Of a stretch of DNA of 64,000 nt, positions 60,860-64,000 are shown in pieces. Below the pieces are notes generated by a model. It saw nothing but the letters and a program-made list of their open reading frames with translations. It was not told where the DNA came from and did not search any database. Within the stretch, counting starts at the first letter, position 1. Each line of letters starts with the position of its first letter. Source of the stretch: Amphiscolops sp. MND2022 (lineage: Eukaryota); contig OZ076409.1 of assembly GCA_964187785.1 (NCBI GenBank), positions 28,770,001-28,834,000 of the forward strand, in the 5' to 3' direction. Position numbers and translations under genes: made by a program.

Positions 60860-63180
60860 GAGGCCGGTTTTGCTGGCATTCGTGGTGACTATATTTTCTT
60901 TGTTGTCGTTATAATGTGCTAAGCATGGGTATGTGGTGAGTTCTCTCTTTAGGTTGTTGAAATCCGTGTTGCGTTCTTACGTCCATTCCCAGTTTGTTCC
61001 TCTTTTCAGTAGTTGTCTCATAATATCCGTCTTTTCTGAAAGGTTTGGAATGATTTTTACGAAGTATTGTATCGCTCCGATGAAGCTTTACAGCGTCTTC
61101 GTGTTTGTTGGTGCTTCTAAGTTATTAATTGCTTCCGTCTTTTCTCGGTCTGATGCCGTCTTGTGAGATTGTATGTCCCAACCATACGGTTTCTTTTTGG
61201 CAGAGTTTTGATTTCTTTTTGATGTCTCTGTAGCCTTCGTATTCTAGTTTTGTTAAAACTGATTGCAGTTTTTTGATGTCTTGTTTTTTGTTCCGCGTGT
61301 TACAACTATTATATCGTCTAGCCATACTGGTGTTTGGTGGCAGAGTATTCGGTCTATTTTCTCCTAAAATATGGTCGGTATGTCGGCTGGTCTGTAAAAC
61401 CCCTTTAGGAAGCGGTAATATGCGTTGACTTATTTCCCGTTATTGTGATATTGCAGTGTTTGCTGGTCTCTGGTGCCAGTTTCAACTTGCCGTAGGCATT
61501 ATCCAGATCTATCACCGATTTTCAGATTGGGTCTGTGTCAATTCTTGATAGTTCGGCGGAAAATTGATTTAATAGTTCGTCCATGTTTGGCCTATGTGGT
61601 CTTTTTTCTTGCAGCTCTCGTTTAGTTTTTGGGCATCTAGAGCTATCTTGACTGATTTACCTTTTTAACCGTGAATACTACCGGGGGATACGAAACAGTC
61701 TTCTTTGATAGTTTCTAGTCTTCCTATGTGTCCGGTTTTGATCATCCGGTCTAGTTCGTTTTTCAGGTCGTCCTGTAAGTGATAAGGTATTGCTCGTGCT
61801 TTTTGTTGTATTGGATAGCATCCCGGTTTTATTTGTATTTTTACTTGGTCATGGTGTATTGTATGGTTGGTCTCGAATAGTCTTTTGTATTTTGTGTAGA
61901 TTGTCTCTGATTGGTCGGTTTCTTTGTCCAATAGGATTTGGTTAAGTAGTTGTTTCAACCAATTTACTCCAAGGAGGGGTGTTATATCGTTCCGCTTGGC
62001 TATTAGTAGGGGGACTTTGAATTTTGTTCCGCCGTGTTCTACGTCTACCCATAGTTTCCCCAGTAACCTTTTCTCGTTTTTGTTTACATCTTGTTATCTC
62101 TCTTTTATTGGTCTGATGTTTTCCATTTTGTATAGGTTTGCATTATTCGGCATGATGGTGACCGGAGAGCCGATGTCAATGGTGAAATTTTGTTGTTTCG
62201 TTTATTTTCAGTTCAGTACCGTAATGCTCGTTGTTTTCCGGTAGTATTTTGTTGATTTGTGTTATTCGGCAGATTTCGCTTTCATCTTGGTCCTCTTCCG
62301 AGGTCATATCTTTCAGATACTTTATTTTCTTATGTTGCTGTGCGGTTTCCCGCGACATACCTGTGCGAAGTGTCCTATTTTCTGGCAATTGTTGCATTTA
62401 CCGTTTTTGCCGGATAGTTGTGTTGAGGTGACCAGTTTTGCTGTCTGCAGAATCCGCAGATGATACTTTTGGATGTTTTCCGTTGTTCCCGGTATCGTTT
62501 TGGTTGGATTTTCTGGTTTTGTTCTTGTTTTTTTTCTTTGTCTTTTGTCAACGCGGGTGGTATGGTAAATTGTGTATGTCGTCGGTCGCAGCTGTTTTGG
62601 GTGATATGTTCCACGGTGGTCTTCAAAGTTATTGTTTTTTCACGGATGAGTTTTCCCGGAGTTTTTTTTCGGTGATGCTTCTTATGAATTTTGATATCAG
62701 TAGGTCCTCTTATTTCATATCTTCAAAGCCGCAGTTCGTTTCGTGTGTTATCAATTTCATCCAATGATCTTCCGGTGTTTCGTTCTCTTCCTGCTTTGCC
62801 CAGAAAAAGTCTCCGCGGTATTCTCAGCAGTATTTATTTTTTGGCTATGTAGTATTCCCGAAAAAACGATTAGTTTGTCAGTTTTGATGGTTTATGGGTC
62901 CGTGTTGAATTCCATTATTTGGTGATTATTTCTATTGCTGACGGTCCAGCGCTCTCGATGAAATCTTGTCTGATTTCAGGTTCTTTTGTATCCGACGGAT
63001 CGCCGGTTGGTACCGTATCGTCCGTTATTATCTGCTTGATATCCACATTGTAGATTTTTTTGTATAGTGTCGGAATCTTTCGGTGCATTCTTTTCAGTTG
63101 TACCATTTTTTACCGTCAAGTCCGGTATCTTCCAGGTAGGGTAGATTTTATTGGTGGTCGTCATTTGATAGTAAAAAATT
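60860..63180 (-). mobile_element. Degenerate Gypsy copy of the second family (gag to start of RNase H)
   Basis: Minus-strand MTTTNKI..., EPEIRQDFI, QQKARAIPYHLQDDLKNELDR and VWLGHTISQDGIRP, homologous to the 44417 and 53011 copies. Confidence 0.85.
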
Positions 63181-63399
63181 TTGCTCACTGATAAAAGAAA
63201 GATGATAGGTCTTATGATTGCTAAAGCTAAGTTTAAAATGGTTGCAGAGAAGTATCTTTAATCAACTGTAGTATCGTAGTTTTCACAACAGCAATGATTC
63301 TATATATTTGAACAAAAAAAGGTCAGCATTTGATTGGAGTTTGTTTGCAACTATGTACTAAACAACTCTCAGATTATGTCTATGATTGATGGCTTGACC

Positions 63400-64000
63400 T
63401 CTGCACATCACAGGAACCCCGTCGGGGTGATTACCTACGAAAAAAAAAGAATGCCGCGACACACACTTGAGGGCAGATACTTCAAAGATTTCAACGACGA
63501 AGTCTCACCGGCACCAGGAACATCAACCGAAACTAATCCATACACAATCAGCACGCAAAAATACCAAGATACCGAATCGCCGGTCTCCTCAACTCCGGAA
63601 GAACCGACAAGCACACAAGAACCGGAAACGTACCCAGCAATCCCCGTACAAAAATACCGCGACGGCCCAATCGAAGAGATAGCCGTCCACTATGTGCGGA
63701 TAAACCGAGTCATCGAGAAAAAGCAACAAGAAACCGACAGCATGAGGACAACATCCGGTCAGCCGAGTTGGATTTTATGCTCGACCTGGAAACCCTCATC
63801 AAAGAAACAGCAGCAGACCCGGATTTGATGGAGACACAGTGCTGCCAACACGCTTGCAATCCTTGAAGATTACAAACATGTGGCAAAGAAGTCAACTCAC
63901 CGCTGGGGAAAAACTATGGTCGACGACCACATTATCGTCCAGAAGAGCCAACGTTATGCCCAACTAAATGCACTACAATTCGGCCACCCAGGATTTTACA
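63400..64000 (+). mobile_element. Fragment of the second Gypsy family (RNase H-integrase linker to integrase zinc finger), running off the window
   Basis: YPAIPVQKYRDGPIEEIAVHYVRINRV and LNALQFGHPG match 47760-48140. Confidence 0.8.

Overview
Repeat-dense eukaryotic (probably invertebrate animal) DNA. I found no recognisable intact host gene, RNA gene or CRISPR array. Two large, well-bounded elements dominate. (1) A 13.5-kb Polinton/Maverick (adintovirus-like) element at 7259-20761 has AGTAGT...ACTACT termini, ~170-bp TIRs and a CATGTT target-site duplication. It carries decayed protease, penton, two A32-like ATPases, a truncated major capsid and pPolB, plus an open integrase ORF. (2) A young 19.1-kb Ty3/Gypsy retrotransposon at 23618-42753 has 2189-bp LTRs (~99.5% identical by eye) and a CTAAT TSD; gag starts inside the LTR and pol follows by a -1 frameshift. 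The Gypsy element is the most unusual feature. Its 8.5-kb post-pol region holds an antisense multi-exon gene (~1000 aa, BED-like zinc finger, possibly hAT-derived). The whole element carries roughly 65 copies of a GATG-N7-GATG motif, many phased at 60-70 bp in the LTRs, UTRs and an intron. I infer a self-encoded DNA-binding protein with its own target arrays, analogous to the VANC anti-silencing system of plant VANDAL transposons; this is untested. The rest is decayed Copia, Gypsy and LINE copies, MITEs and a perfect 515-bp palindrome.
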